Shown here piece by piece: positions 26,563 to 36,655 of a stretch of 64,000 nt of DNA. The position numbers were made by a program, and so were the translations under genes. The notes beneath the pieces were generated by a model. That model did no database searches, was not told the origin of the DNA, and saw only the letters and a program-made list of their open reading frames with translations. Source of the stretch: Desulfuromonadales bacterium. GTDB lineage: Bacteria > Desulfobacterota > JAENJC01. The stretch covers positions 29,676 to 93,675 of the forward strand of contig CAKKSC010000021.1 in assembly GCA_919902985.1 (NCBI GenBank), given 5' to 3'. The first letter of the stretch is position 1; the number at the start of each line of letters is the position of its first letter.

Positions 26563-27849
26563 ATGAAAGAGGAAATCCTTGAAAAGAAGTTGGAGAGGGA
26601 GCGGCAAAAGGTCAATATCCTCGAGAAGATGATAGAGGACAGGACCCGCGAACTCTACATCGTCAATGAATATCTCCAGAACATCAACAACTCTATGGCG
26701 GACACCCTTATCGTCGTCAACCCGGACGGCACGATAAGGAGCGCCAACCGCGCCGCCCTTAATATGCTCGGATACACTGAAGATGAACTGAGGGGAAAAG
26801 ATATTGAGACCCTTTTCGAGAAAGGAGTGGGAACCGGGCCTTCCGGTTTCGGCAGACAAGACTCCGCCGCGAGGAGCGAGACGACCTGCGTCACAAAGGC
26901 CGGAAGGAATATCCCTGTCATACTCTCACGCTCGACAATGAAAGACCTGGACGGGGCCGTCCTTGGCGTCGTATGCCTGGCCCTTGATATCTCGGAACGC
27001 AAAAAAACTGAGGAAAAACTCAGGAAGGCATACGATGAAATCAAGGCGACCCAGGACGCAAGCCTCAGCATCATGGAGGACATGGAGATCCAGAGGAAGA
27101 AGCTGGAGGCAACCGTCAGGGAGAAGGACGCCCTAATGAGTCAGGTTGAAAGGGCCAACAAGGAGCTGCAGGACTTTGCATATATCGTCTCCCACGACCT
27201 CAAGGCCCCGCTCCGTGCCATAGGCACAATTTCAAGCTGGATAGCGGAGGACTATAAGGACAAACTTGACGATGCAGGCAGGGAACAGCTCTTCGTCCTC
27301 CTCCAGAGGACGAAGAGGATGCACGATATGATAGAGGGAATACTCCAGTATTCGAGGGTGGGGAGGATAAAGGGGACGCCTGAGACAATAGACACGGGGA
27401 AGGTTGCGGAACAGGTGAGAGAGGCGCTTTCTTCGCCTGCCAATATGCAAATCAAAATTCATGCGCCGATGCCTGCTATTTTCATAGATCCTGTCCAGAT
27501 AAACCAGATCATCCAAAACCTGATAAGCAACGCAATCAAATATATGGACAAGCCGGAGGGTCTGGTAGAGGTGGGTTGCAGGGATGCAGGAGAGTTTTGG
27601 GAGTTCTATGTTAAGGACAACGGCCCCGGCATAGAAGAAAAGCACTTTGAACGGATATTCCAGATATTCCAGACCCTGAAGGCGCGCGACGAGTTTGAGA
27701 GCACGGGGATAGGTCTGACGATAGTAAAGAAGATAATAGAGCAGAGCGGCGGAAGGGTTTGGGTGGAATCGGAGGTCGGGAATGGGAGCACGTTTAAATT
27801 TACAATACCGAAAGGTACAACGCCCCCGACTTCGTTACCCCCTCTTTAG
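26563..27849 (+). CDS. PAS-domain sensor histidine kinase, a candidate H-NOX partner kinase
   Basis: PAS fold (SMADTLIVVNPDGTIRSAN...). HisKA H-box FAYIVSHDLKAPLRAI. N, G1 and G2 boxes of HATPase_c (ISNAIKY, DNGPGI, GIGLTIVKKI). Confidence 0.85.
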   Translation: MKEEILEKKLERERQKVNILEKMIEDRTRELYIVNEYLQNINNSMADTLIVVNPDGTIRSANRAALNMLGYTEDELRGKDIETLFEKGVGTGPSGFGRQDSAARSETTCVTKAGRNIPVILSRSTMKDLDGAVLGVVCLALDISERKKTEEKLRKAYDEIKATQDASLSIMEDMEIQRKKLEATVREKDALMSQVERANKELQDFAYIVSHDLKAPLRAIGTISSWIAEDYKDKLDDAGREQLFVLLQRTKRMHDMIEGILQYSRVGRIKGTPETIDTGKVAEQVREALSSPANMQIKIHAPMPAIFIDPVQINQIIQNLISNAIKYMDKPEGLVEVGCRDAGEFWEFYVKDNGPGIEEKHFERIFQIFQTLKARDEFESTGIGLTIVKKIIEQSGGRVWVESEVGNGSTFKFTIPKGTTPPTSLPPL

Positions 27850-27891
27850 TAAAGAGGGGGTTGGGGGGAGTTGAAAGGGGGAGGGTTTTAA

Positions 27892-28815
27892 ATGGGAGAG
27901 CGTATCCGCATTCTCCATATAGAAGACGATGAGGTGGTTCAAATGGCAGTAAAAAGGAAGGTAAAGGTCGACGGCCTTCCATACGATATTGACGTAGCGC
28001 CGACCCTCGCTGCGGCATTGGAGCTTTTTGGAAAGAAGAGGTATGACATTGCGGTTCTCGACTATATGCTCCCGGACGGGACAGGACTTGACCTGCTTCC
28101 GAAGATAAAAGGGGTTCCGGCCATTTTTGTGACCGGAAGCGGGGATGCCACTGTGGCTGTTAAAGCTTTAAAGGGCGGGGCTTATGATTATCTTATAAAG
28201 GATGCAGGGAATGAATATATAGAACTCCTTCCTGCGACTATAGAAAAGGTCTTGCGCACCTTTAGTTTGGAGCAGGAGCACATAAAGGACGAGGAGCAGA
28301 TTCGCATATTGAACAAAGAGTTGTCAAAGATGTACGAAGAGGCCAGGGAATGTTCACTCCACGATCCGCTCACCGGGCTTGCCAACAGGCGCCTCATGGA
28401 AATTAACCTTAAGCGGGATATTGAAAGGACAAAGAGGACAGACGGGCGGCTTTCCGTATTAATGCTGGACATTGACTATTTCAAAAAATACAACGACACG
28501 CACGGTCATCCGGCAGGGGACAGGCTCCTTGCCGCAATAGCAAAGGTGCTGACCGAGGAGGTAAGGGGGGCGGACCTTGTTGCGAGGTACGGCGGGGAGG
28601 AGTTCTTTGTACTCCTTCCTGACACAAACCTTGACGGAGCGCTGAATACGGCCGAAAGAGTAAGGAAGGCTGTCTCCGGGAGTCTTGGCGTCACCATTAG
28701 CATCGGAGCGGTTTCATACAGAAAGGAAGAGAAGATGGAGGAGTTCATAAACAGAGCGGATGCGGCGCTTTATAGGGCAAAAGAGGGCGGGAGAAACAGG
28801 GTGGAGGAGGGTTAA
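27892..28815 (+). CDS. Response regulator - diguanylate cyclase (REC-GGDEF, PleD/WspR-like)
   Basis: REC motifs ILHIEDDE...AVLDYMLPDGTG...FVTG...K. The GGDEF domain has HDPLTGLANRR and an intact active site RYGGEEF. Confidence 0.85.
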   Translation: MGERIRILHIEDDEVVQMAVKRKVKVDGLPYDIDVAPTLAAALELFGKKRYDIAVLDYMLPDGTGLDLLPKIKGVPAIFVTGSGDATVAVKALKGGAYDYLIKDAGNEYIELLPATIEKVLRTFSLEQEHIKDEEQIRILNKELSKMYEEARECSLHDPLTGLANRRLMEINLKRDIERTKRTDGRLSVLMLDIDYFKKYNDTHGHPAGDRLLAAIAKVLTEEVRGADLVARYGGEEFFVLLPDTNLDGALNTAERVRKAVSGSLGVTISIGAVSYRKEEKMEEFINRADAALYRAKEGGRNRVEEG

Positions 28816-28882
28816 AGAAGCCGTCAGCGGTCAGCAGAATCTTTGGCTGAAAACTGAAAGCTGATAGCTGTTTGGAGGTTTT

Positions 28883-29314
28883 ATGCGCAATAACATACCT
28901 ATTTTGCTGCTTGAGGACGACCGGGTGGACGTGATGACGGTCCGGAGGGCATTTAAGGTGAATAAGATAGCAAACCCGCTCTTTGTCGTCCAGAATGGGG
29001 AGGAGGGCCTGAAATTCCTGCGGCATCAGGACGGGTTCAGCGACCCTGAAAAATCGCCGAAGCCGGGGATAATGCTCCTTGACCTGAACATGCCTCTAAT
29101 GAACGGGATAGAGTTCCTGAAGGTCGTTAAGTCTGATGACGATTTGAAACGTATTCCGGTTGTCGTCCTTACTACTTCAAAGGTCGATGAAGACAGGGTC
29201 GAGAGCTTCAATCTAAGCGTTGCGGGCTACATAATAAAGCCTGTGGAGTTTGAAAAGTTCGTGGAGGCGGTAAAGCTCATTGATCTTTACTGGACGCTGA
29301 GCGAGTTGGGTTGA
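28883..29314 (+). CDS. Single-domain CheY-like response regulator
   Basis: 143 aa with the REC signature (ILLLEDD...MLLDLNMPLMNG...VVVLTTS...K). Confidence 0.8.
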   Translation: MRNNIPILLLEDDRVDVMTVRRAFKVNKIANPLFVVQNGEEGLKFLRHQDGFSDPEKSPKPGIMLLDLNMPLMNGIEFLKVVKSDDDLKRIPVVVLTTSKVDEDRVESFNLSVAGYIIKPVEFEKFVEAVKLIDLYWTLSELG

Positions 29315-29338
29315 TATCTATGTTTAAAGGAGGCAGTT

Positions 29339-29881
29339 ATGGAAGAGAAACGTATCAAGATACTGAATATTGAGGACGAGGACATTGACCATCTGGCATT
29401 GATGAGAATGGTGAAGGAAAAGGGCCTTCTTTATGAGGTGGAGAGGGCGGCCAATCTTGCAGGGGCATTAAAGCTCCTTGGAGAGAAGAAGTATGACGTT
29501 GCCCTGATAGACTACAGGCTTCCGAACGGGACAGGCCTTGACATCCTGGATAAACTTAAAGGGACAGCCTCAATCTTTGTTACCGGAAGCGGGGATGAAA
29601 GGGTGGCTGTGAAGGCGATGAAGGGCGGGGCAAATGACTACATCATAAAAGACCCGAATGGGGCATATCTGGAGATGCTTCCGGCAGTGGTTGACAAGGC
29701 TATGGAGGCGGTCAGCCTGAAGAAGGAAAAGGAAGAGGCTGAAAGGAAGCTCAGGGAGAAGCTGGACACAGAAGAACGATTGAATAAACTGCTGCTCAAA
29801 AGGGAGTTCAGGATAAAGGAGCTCAGGGATGAGAACGACAAGTTGAAGGAGAGGATCGGAGAGCTTCAGAAGAAGCTGTAG
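29339..29881 (+). CDS. Response regulator (REC) with conserved C-terminal coiled-coil tag
   Basis: REC signature (ILNIEDED...ALIDYRLPNGTG...FVTG...K). It ends in KREFRIKELRDENDKLKERIGELQKKL. Confidence 0.75.
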   Translation: MEEKRIKILNIEDEDIDHLALMRMVKEKGLLYEVERAANLAGALKLLGEKKYDVALIDYRLPNGTGLDILDKLKGTASIFVTGSGDERVAVKAMKGGANDYIIKDPNGAYLEMLPAVVDKAMEAVSLKKEKEEAERKLREKLDTEERLNKLLLKREFRIKELRDENDKLKERIGELQKKL

Positions 29882-29896
29882 AGACGTTGTCTCTGC

Positions 29897-30580
29897 TTAT
29901 TCCATTGAGAACCTGTATCCAGTGCCTCTTACGGTCTTTATCAACCTTGCCCCCTCGGGCTCTATCTTTTCCCTGAGCCTTCTTATGTGGACATCAACGG
30001 TCCTCGGCTCTACAAACGCCTCATCTCCCCATACAAGGTCAAGGAGCTGGTCCCTGTTGTACACCCTTTCCTGATGGGTGATGAAGAACTTTAAAAGCCT
30101 GAATTCGAGGGGGCTCAGCGTTATAACCCTTCCATTCAGTTTGACCTCGTGGGTTGAGAGGTCTGCATGGAGCCCTTCGAAGTCATAGACCTCATTCCCA
30201 GCGCCCTCCTTACTGGTTCTCCTGAGCAACGCCCTGACCCTTGCGGTAATCTCCCTTACGCTGAACGGTTTTGTCACATAGTCGTCTGCGCCGGTTTCCA
30301 GCCCGGTTATCTTATCGGTCTCCTGTCCCCTGGCAGTAAGCATGATTATCGGTATCAACGCAGTTTTGGGGTCTTTCTTCAATATCCCGCATAGCTCCAG
30401 TCCGTCAATCCCTGGAAGCATGAGGTCGAGGATTATAAGGTCTGGATTTGAATTCCTGGCCGCTTCTTTCCCGCTTATTCCATCTTTGGCGGTAAGGATG
30501 GAAAACCCTTCTTTCTTAAGGTTGTAGGAGAGAAGGTCCAGGATATCCTGTTCGTCATCTATTATAAGGATAGTGGGCAT
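29897..30580 (-). CDS. phoB: OmpR/PhoB-family response regulator (REC + winged-helix); last gene of the pst-phoU cluster
   Basis: REC motifs ILIIDDEQD...IILDLMLPGIDG...IIMLTARG...K. The C-terminal trans_reg_C part has VHIRRLREKIE...IKTVRGTGYRF. Synteny is with phoU-pstBACS; no phoR is adjacent. Confidence 0.75.
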   Translation of the reverse strand: MPTILIIDDEQDILDLLSYNLKKEGFSILTAKDGISGKEAARNSNPDLIILDLMLPGIDGLELCGILKKDPKTALIPIIMLTARGQETDKITGLETGADDYVTKPFSVREITARVRALLRRTSKEGAGNEVYDFEGLHADLSTHEVKLNGRVITLSPLEFRLLKFFITHQERVYNRDQLLDLVWGDEAFVEPRTVDVHIRRLREKIEPEGARLIKTVRGTGYRFSME

Positions 30581-30590
30581 AGTTACATCC

Positions 30591-30649
30591 GGGGACAGTC
30601 CCTATTCTACGACTTCGCTGCGCTTCGTCCGTAAATAGGGACAGTCCCC
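30591..30649. repeat. 59-bp REP-like element, copy 1 of 3 (GGGGACAGTCCC...core...GGGACAGTCCCC)
   Basis: Each end is a GGGAcagTCCC mini-hairpin flanking a 35-nt core (tattctacgacttcgctgcgcttcgtccgtaaat). Lies between phoB and phoU. Confidence 0.8.
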
Positions 30650-30655
30650 TCCGGT

Positions 30656-31342
30656 TCACGGATTTTCCTGCTGCGGCTTTATATGCCTTATCACCTTTCC
30701 CTTGACCATGAAGACCACCATTTCTGCGATGTTTGTGGCGTGGTCTGCAATGCGTTCAAGGTATTTAGAGATGAAAAGGATCTTCATTGCCCTTGATATG
30801 GTGTTGGGGTCCTCCATCATGAATGTCAGGAGTTCCCTGAATATCTGCCTGTTTAGGTCGTCCACAAAGTCATCCTCTGCAAGGACCCTTGTGGCCAGGT
30901 CGGTGTCTCCGTTTACAAAGGCGTCAAGGCTCTCTTTCAGCATCCTCTGGGCGGCCTCGGCCATTCGCGGTATATCTATGTAAGGCTTCAGAGGAGCCTC
31001 CTCGTTAAGCTCAAGGACCCTTTCACAGACGTTTACAGCCATGTCCCCGATCCTTTCAAGGTCGGTGATTATCTTTATGGCTGTTGTGATGAGCCTCAGG
31101 TCTGAAGCAGCAGGTTGACGCAGTGCCAGTACCTTGAGGCAGAGCTCGTCAATCTCAACCTCCAGACCGTTCACCACATGGTCATTCTCAATGGTACTTT
31201 CGGCCAATTGCGTATCCCTTTCCACCAGGGCCTTTATGGAATTAGCAATCCCTTCCTCGACAAGGCCGCCAAGCCGGAGGACCTTCTCCTTGATCAACCT
31301 CAGTTCTTCTTCGTACTGCTTTATTATATGTGTCTCGGACAT
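30656..31342 (-). CDS. phoU: Phosphate-transport system regulatory protein PhoU
   Basis: Two PhoU repeats with the conserved ...LERIGD... motifs. Sits downstream of pstB. Confidence 0.85.
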   Translation of the reverse strand: MSETHIIKQYEEELRLIKEKVLRLGGLVEEGIANSIKALVERDTQLAESTIENDHVVNGLEVEIDELCLKVLALRQPAASDLRLITTAIKIITDLERIGDMAVNVCERVLELNEEAPLKPYIDIPRMAEAAQRMLKESLDAFVNGDTDLATRVLAEDDFVDDLNRQIFRELLTFMMEDPNTISRAMKILFISKYLERIADHATNIAEMVVFMVKGKVIRHIKPQQENP

Positions 31343-31371
31343 ATTTCCTCCAAGTGGCTGATTTCAATACC

Positions 31372-31430
31372 GGGGACAGTCCCTATTCTACGACTCCGTT
31401 TCACTCCGTCCGTAAATCGGGACAGTCCCC
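31372..31430. repeat. 59-bp REP-like element, copy 2 of 3
   Basis: Same termini as copy 1. The core is cgactccgtttcactccgtccgtaaatc, with a few substitutions. Lies between phoU and pstB. Confidence 0.8.
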
Positions 31431-31431
31431 T

Positions 31432-32202
31432 CTATCCAAACCTTCCTGTTATGTAATCTTCTGTAAGTTTGTGAGACGGGACTGTGAAGACCTTTTCCGT
31501 TTTATCGAATTCGATTAGCTCTCCTATATACATGAATGCCGTGTAGTCTGAAACCCTCGCAGCCTGTTGCATATTGTGGGTTACAATTAATATGGTTACT
31601 TCTTTCTTCAACTCAAGTATCAGTTCTTCTATCTTTGCCGTAGCTATTGGGTCAAGGGCCGATGTAGGTTCATCAAATAAAAGTATCTCAGGATCGGTAG
31701 CAAGGGCCCTTGCTATGCAGAGTCTCTGCTGCTGACCACCGGACAGGTTAAAGGCCAGGTCATGGAGCCTGTCCTTTGCCTCTTCCCATATGGCGGCGCC
31801 CCTGAGTGACTTTTCAACTCTTTCATCCAGTTCACTCCTCCTCCGTATCCCCCTCACCTTTGGTCCATAGGCTACGTTTTCGTAAATAGATTTTGGGAAA
31901 GGGTTAGGCCTCTGGAATACCATACTGATCCGCATCCTTACCTCTATGGGGTCGATATCGGGGCCGGCGATATTAAGAGCGTCCGGGTGCAGGATTATCT
32001 CTCCTTCGTACCGGTTGTTAGGGTAAAGGTCATGCATCCTGTTGAAACACCTGAGATAAGTAGTCTTTCCGCAACCGGACGGGCCAATCAGCGCTGTAAC
32101 CTTTTTCTCGGCAATATTGAGATTTATATCTTTTAATGCCTTCACCGAACCGTAATAAAAATTCAGGTTCCTGACCTCTGCCTTGATTTTTTCATCTACC
32201 AT
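31432..32202 (-). CDS. pstB: Phosphate ABC transporter ATP-binding protein PstB
   Basis: Walker [13 protein letters not shown] signature LSGGQQQRL, Walker [13 protein letters not shown]. The N-terminal pattern is typical of PstB. Confidence 0.9.
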   Translation of the reverse strand: MVDEKIKAEVRNLNFYYGSVKALKDINLNIAEKKVTALIGPSGCGKTTYLRCFNRMHDLYPNNRYEGEIILHPDALNIAGPDIDPIEVRMRISMVFQRPNPFPKSIYENVAYGPKVRGIRRRSELDERVEKSLRGAAIWEEAKDRLHDLAFNLSGGQQQRLCIARALATDPEILLFDEPTSALDPIATAKIEELILELKKEVTILIVTHNMQQAARVSDYTAFMYIGELIEFDKTEKVFTVPSHKLTEDYITGRFG

Positions 32203-33122
32203 TTTATCCTCTTTCTGAATCTGTATCTTATGTAAATAGCTATTCCATTCATTATGAGCGTCATGACCAGGAGGATTACTCCGGCAGCAGCTGCATTATG
32301 TTGAAACGCTGCCTCTGGACGGGATGTCCAGTTAAACATCTGTATGGGCATCACAGTAAAAGGATCCATCAGCCACCTGAAGGATACGAAGGGGAAAACG
32401 TCGCTGAAAGGAGACTGCGGCAAGAACGCTATGAATGTCAGAGCGCCGATGGTGATGACAGGGGCGGTCTCTCCTATTGCCCTTGACAGTCCCATTATAG
32501 TTCCCGTAAGTATCCCGCCAAGGGAATACGGCAGGACATGGTCCCTTACCGTCTGCCATTTGGTAGCGCCTAAGGCGTAGGCCGCCTCCCTTATGCTCCC
32601 CGGAACAGCGCGGATGGCCTCCCTTGCAGACACTATGACAATCGGCAATATCAGGAGGGCAAGTGTGAGACCGGCAGAAAGGATGCTCTGCCCGAAGTCA
32701 AGTTTATAGACAAATAACCCCAACGCCAGCAGGCCGTAAACAATGGACGGCACGCCTGCCAGGTTTGTCACATTTATTTCAATTATGGCGGTAAGCCAGT
32801 TTTTTCGGGCATATTCCTCAAGATAGACGGCTGATGCTACGCCGAGGGGAACGGCGGAAGCGGCCGTAACCAGCATGATCAGGGTGGTGCCTACCCATGC
32901 GGAAAGTATCCCTGCTTTTTCCGGGTGACGGGAAGGGAAGGAAGTAAATAACTTCCAGCCTATACGCGGCGCCCCTTCAATTGCCAGTTCCGTAAATAAT
33001 GCCAGTAAGGTCAGAATCCCAACCATGAGTGAGAGGATGCCTACTATGGCGAATATGTGGTCCCAAAGCTTGTGCCGGGCAATCATTCTGCGGATATGGT
33101 CAATGGACTGCTCAGGCATCAA
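32196..33122 (-). CDS. pstA: Phosphate ABC transporter permease PstA
   Basis: Polytopic permease with the [15 protein letters not shown]-loop motif. Overlaps pstB and pstC. Confidence 0.85.
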   Translation of the reverse strand: MMPEQSIDHIRRMIARHKLWDHIFAIVGILSLMVGILTLLALFTELAIEGAPRIGWKLFTSFPSRHPEKAGILSAWVGTTLIMLVTAASAVPLGVASAVYLEEYARKNWLTAIIEINVTNLAGVPSIVYGLLALGLFVYKLDFGQSILSAGLTLALLILPIVIVSAREAIRAVPGSIREAAYALGATKWQTVRDHVLPYSLGGILTGTIMGLSRAIGETAPVITIGALTFIAFLPQSPFSDVFPFVSFRWLMDPFTVMPIQMFNWTSRPEAAFQHNAAAAGVILLVMTLIMNGIAIYIRYRFRKRIKW

Positions 33123-34039
33123 TAAACCTCCCTGAATCGTTTCGCCAGGAAGTAGCCGAGAATATTAAAGATCAGGGTGATCAGCATAAGTGACAGGCCC
33201 GCGACGAATATGGTCTGATACCCGATGCTTCCGTGTGGCAGGTCTCCCAGGCTGACCTGGACAATATATGCGCTAATGGTTGCTGCCGGTTCCATGGGGT
33301 TCAATGTCAGGTTCGGCTGCTGACCTGCGGCTATGGCCACGATCATTGTTTCTCCGACTGCGCGGGATATGCCGAGTATATAGGCGGAGGCAATGCCTGA
33401 AAAAGCGCTTGGTATAATCACCCTGACAGCGGTCTGGAACCTCGTTGCTCCCATGGCATAAGAACCTTCAAGGATGTGTTTCGGAACTGCATGCATGGCA
33501 TCCTCGCTCACTGATGCGATATAAGGCACGATCATTATACCCATAACCAGTCCGGCGCTCAACATATTAAATCCAGGTAAGCCAGGGATGAGCTTTTGCA
33601 TGATAGGGGTCACGAAGATAAGGGCAAAATATCCGAATACAACGGTAGGGACGGCGCCCAGCAGTTCGAGAAATGGTTTTATGATTTCACGCACACGGTG
33701 CGGGGCGAATTCACAAAGATATATAGCAATGGTAGTGCCCAGAGGGATGGCAACCAGCAATGCCACGCCGGTTGTCACAAGGGTGCCTGCCATGAGGGGC
33801 ATGATGCCGTAATGGGCGTCGTCAAACAGCGGCGTCCACTGAATGTCTGTAAGAAAAACAAGCAGCGGGACATGCCTGAAAAACGGGATGGACTCGATGA
33901 CAAGTATTGAGACAATTGCGAATGTGGTGGCTACCGATGACAGAGCGGCAAGGAAAAGGATTGATTCAATAATAAATTCGCGCACACGCCGCAAACGGCT
34001 GCGGCCTGAGTATTTATTGTTAGCTTTGTTTGATGGCAA
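33119..34039 (-). CDS. pstC: Phosphate ABC transporter permease PstC
   Basis: Polytopic permease with the EGSYAMGATRFQT EAA-loop. Sits between pstS and pstA. Confidence 0.85.
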   Translation of the reverse strand: MPSNKANNKYSGRSRLRRVREFIIESILFLAALSSVATTFAIVSILVIESIPFFRHVPLLVFLTDIQWTPLFDDAHYGIMPLMAGTLVTTGVALLVAIPLGTTIAIYLCEFAPHRVREIIKPFLELLGAVPTVVFGYFALIFVTPIMQKLIPGLPGFNMLSAGLVMGIMIVPYIASVSEDAMHAVPKHILEGSYAMGATRFQTAVRVIIPSAFSGIASAYILGISRAVGETMIVAIAAGQQPNLTLNPMEPAATISAYIVQVSLGDLPHGSIGYQTIFVAGLSLMLITLIFNILGYFLAKRFREVY

Positions 34040-34140
34040 GAATTAACACCTTAAGAACATTTATTAAAACAATGGAGTCAAAAAAGACCACCCTTAATCC
34101 CCTCCTTGACAAGGAGGGGAATGGGAAGGTGGCCCGTTTT

Positions 34141-35154
34141 TTAATATATCCCTTCTCTCTTCAGAAGGTCCTTGATCAGCACGCCAACCTCAGCAACGCC
34201 GCCAAAGCCGGTGCCGAGCTTCTTCTTGCCAAATGCCTCTATAACCAGTTTGAAATCTTCCTCAGGGATCGGCACATACTGTACCTCTTTTACCAGTTTT
34301 GCCGCATGTTTGAGGTAGAATTCAACGAACTCCTTGACCTCCGGCTTATTCACGGACTTGGCATTGATGTAGATGAAGATCGGGCGCGCCAGCGGCTGGT
34401 ATGTCCCGTTCATTACCGTTTCGAAAGAAGGAGAGACTGCCGGTTTACCTTCCTTTTCCACTATAGGAACGGCCTTCAGCTTTTCTGTGTTTTCGGCATA
34501 GTAGGCATAACCAAAGTAACCAAGGGCATTGACATCGCGGCTTACGCCCTGGACCAGGACGTTATCGTCCTCGCTTGCAGTGAAATCGCCCCTGCTTGAC
34601 TTGGCCTTGCCAACAATGGCCTCGGTAAAGTAGTCAAAGGTGCCGGAATCGGAGCCGGCGCCGAAAAGGTTCAGCGGCGCATCAGGCCATGCAGGGTTGA
34701 CCTGGTTCCACTTCGTTATTTTACCCTGGGCGGCAGGTTCCCATATCTTCTTGAGTTCAGCAACGGTCATGCTTTTGATCCAGTCGTTCTTCGGGTTTAT
34801 CACTACTGTAAGAGCGTCGTATGCCACAGGCAGCTCAATATATTGAATGCCCGCCTGCTTGCATATCTCCATCTCCTTTGTGAGTATCGGGCGCGAGGCG
34901 TCCTGAATATCGGTTTCGCCGCGGCAGAACTTTTTAAAACCGCCTCCTGTCCCGGATATTCCTACCGTGACCCTGGCAGAGCCTCTCTTTTCCTTCTGAA
35001 ACTCCTCGGCGACAGCCTCGGTTATCGGATACACGGTGCTTGAACCGTCAATCTTTATGACTGGAACAGCAGCATGAGCTGTAACAGTGAACGTTGAATA
35101 GTAAATAGTGAATAGTGAAACCAGAAGCAGTAAGTGTAGCTTTGAAATTTTCAT
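34141..35154 (-). CDS. pstS: Phosphate ABC transporter substrate-binding protein PstS
   Basis: Signal peptide, then the PstS/PBP fold (IDGSSTVYPI...ISGTGGGFKKF...). The ORF is open to 35175, but the GGAGG RBS fits the ATG at 35154 (MKISKLHLL). Confidence 0.85.
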   Translation of the reverse strand: MKISKLHLLLLVSLFTIYYSTFTVTAHAAVPVIKIDGSSTVYPITEAVAEEFQKEKRGSARVTVGISGTGGGFKKFCRGETDIQDASRPILTKEMEICKQAGIQYIELPVAYDALTVVINPKNDWIKSMTVAELKKIWEPAAQGKITKWNQVNPAWPDAPLNLFGAGSDSGTFDYFTEAIVGKAKSSRGDFTASEDDNVLVQGVSRDVNALGYFGYAYYAENTEKLKAVPIVEKEGKPAVSPSFETVMNGTYQPLARPIFIYINAKSVNKPEVKEFVEFYLKHAAKLVKEVQYVPIPEEDFKLVIEAFGKKKLGTGFGGVAEVGVLIKDLLKREGIY

Positions 35155-35202
35155 TTTTCCTCCATTTGCTAACATTTTACCAGCAGAGTATGCCAGAGAA
35201 AT

Positions 35203-35235
35203 GTTACAGTTATATTACAGTTCCCTTAAAATTGT
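35203..35235 (-). promoter_or_regulatory. Pho-box-like array upstream of pstS: GTTACA / ATTACA / CTTAAA hexamers at exact 11-bp phasing
   Basis: On the plus strand the hexamers start at 35203, 35214 and 35225. Read on the gene's coding strand they are TGTAAC-type repeats 49-80 nt upstream of the pstS ATG. This resembles PhoB/PhoP boxes (E. coli CTGTCAT-N4 repeats; B. subtilis TT(A/T/C)ACA repeats). Confidence 0.6.
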
Positions 35236-35260
35236 CAAGCCGTGCTTCTACCCCATCCCC

Positions 35261-35350
35261 GCCCTGACCCTCTACCCACAGGGCATAAACCCTTGAAGGG
35301 GAGGAACTTTTTTCCTCTCCATCAGGGAGAGGATTAAGGTGAGGGTAGGG
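35261..35350. repeat. ~100-bp GC-rich palindromic element, inverted copy of 7269..7367
   Basis: See the paired feature. Located between the porin gene stop and the pstS promoter. Confidence 0.6.
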
Positions 35351-35356
35351 TAATCT

Positions 35357-36601
35357 TTAGAAGTACAACTGGGCCTGTACCTGATAGACATCTTTTTTGG
35401 CTGCATCCGCTAAATAGCCGCTCGCGTTTTTGCCGTAGGATGAATTTACCCAGTTGGCGCCAATCTTGAAGCTGTGGCCTTTGCCGTACCAGTTTACACC
35501 TATGGTGGTGTCCTTTTCCTCAGTGTCATCCGCACCGGCGGCCGCATTGGAGTTGTGGTCATAGATTTCATACCTTACAACAGGCTCAAGGTTTATGCCG
35601 GGGATGAAGTAACCTGCCTGCGCATACCAGCCCGTCGGCTCCTTGTCACTTGTTGCTGCATTGCTGTAATCGATCTTCCATGCCGTATATTCGCCCTGAA
35701 GGGTAAGGCCTCCAAAGTGGGCCGAGATGTCCACTCCCATAAGGGTCCTGCTCTCGCTGTCGCCGCTGGCGCCTGTGTATTCTATGGAGCCCTGTGATGC
35801 AGTGCTGAAGCCGAGGGTTACATGCTGTCCTTCTCCAAGATGAGCGTCGCTCTTACCCTTCTCCACAAATCCAGGAGGTGAGACCTCTACCCTTCCCATA
35901 AAGACCGGGTTGGACTTTTGGACTTTTACATCTGTAGAGGTTGTAGTAACAACACCAGTTGTGAGGTCTGCAGTAGATGTGCTTGTTCCTGTTTTAATTA
36001 TGTTCTTGTTCTCCCATCCGTCTGCCGTTGCCAGATTGTAAGATATCATCCCTTCCGCAATGCTGCCGTGGAGCATGGCATTGGTCTGGTAGTAGTCATC
36101 GAAAAGCTTCTTTGCCGCCTCTGTGGATACCGGCCTCTCAATCAGGAGCTGCTTTGATGAAGAGGTGAGGGATATCCTTGAGTATGGAAGCTTTGCCTTC
36201 CCGAAGCGGAGGTTAGCGGTATCCGCAAACTTATAGTCAAGATATGCATACAGCACCTTGACTTCATTTGCAGCGGATGCACTGGTGCTCCCACTCTTGC
36301 CGTTCTTGTCCATCTCCAGGGTCAGGTTGTACTTCAACTCCTTTGTAAGCTTTCCGTCCATCTCAAGGCGGAGCCTCCTGAGATACATATCCGTTTCGGA
36401 CTCATAGGACTTCCCGTCCTTGCTTGTTATCAGGTCGCCCATATCAAACCTCGGCTGCATGCGGGTCCTGATGCTGAAGTCGGTATCATCGCTGATCTTT
36501 ACCTTAAGTCCCTTTGTCTCCTCGCCCATTGCAAAATCCTGAGCAAATGCCGGCGCGGTCATTGAGAGCGCCAGAGTTAATGCTAATAACGTTTTTTTCA
36601 T
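35357..36601 (-). CDS. Outer-membrane beta-barrel porin, probably a phosphate-selective porin O/P family member
   Basis: Signal peptide (MKKTLLALTLALSMTAPAFA). Alternating amphipathic beta-strand character and a C-terminal ...QAQLYF aromatic terminus. Adjacent to the pst operon. Confidence 0.55.
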   Translation of the reverse strand: MKKTLLALTLALSMTAPAFAQDFAMGEETKGLKVKISDDTDFSIRTRMQPRFDMGDLITSKDGKSYESETDMYLRRLRLEMDGKLTKELKYNLTLEMDKNGKSGSTSASAANEVKVLYAYLDYKFADTANLRFGKAKLPYSRISLTSSSKQLLIERPVSTEAAKKLFDDYYQTNAMLHGSIAEGMISYNLATADGWENKNIIKTGTSTSTADLTTGVVTTTSTDVKVQKSNPVFMGRVEVSPPGFVEKGKSDAHLGEGQHVTLGFSTASQGSIEYTGASGDSESRTLMGVDISAHFGGLTLQGEYTAWKIDYSNAATSDKEPTGWYAQAGYFIPGINLEPVVRYEIYDHNSNAAAGADDTEEKDTTIGVNWYGKGHSFKIGANWVNSSYGKNASGYLADAAKKDVYQVQAQLYF

Positions 36602-36655
36602 CTGTTTTTCTCCTTTTTTATTTGATTTTACATCTTACGTCTTTCGTCTAACGTC

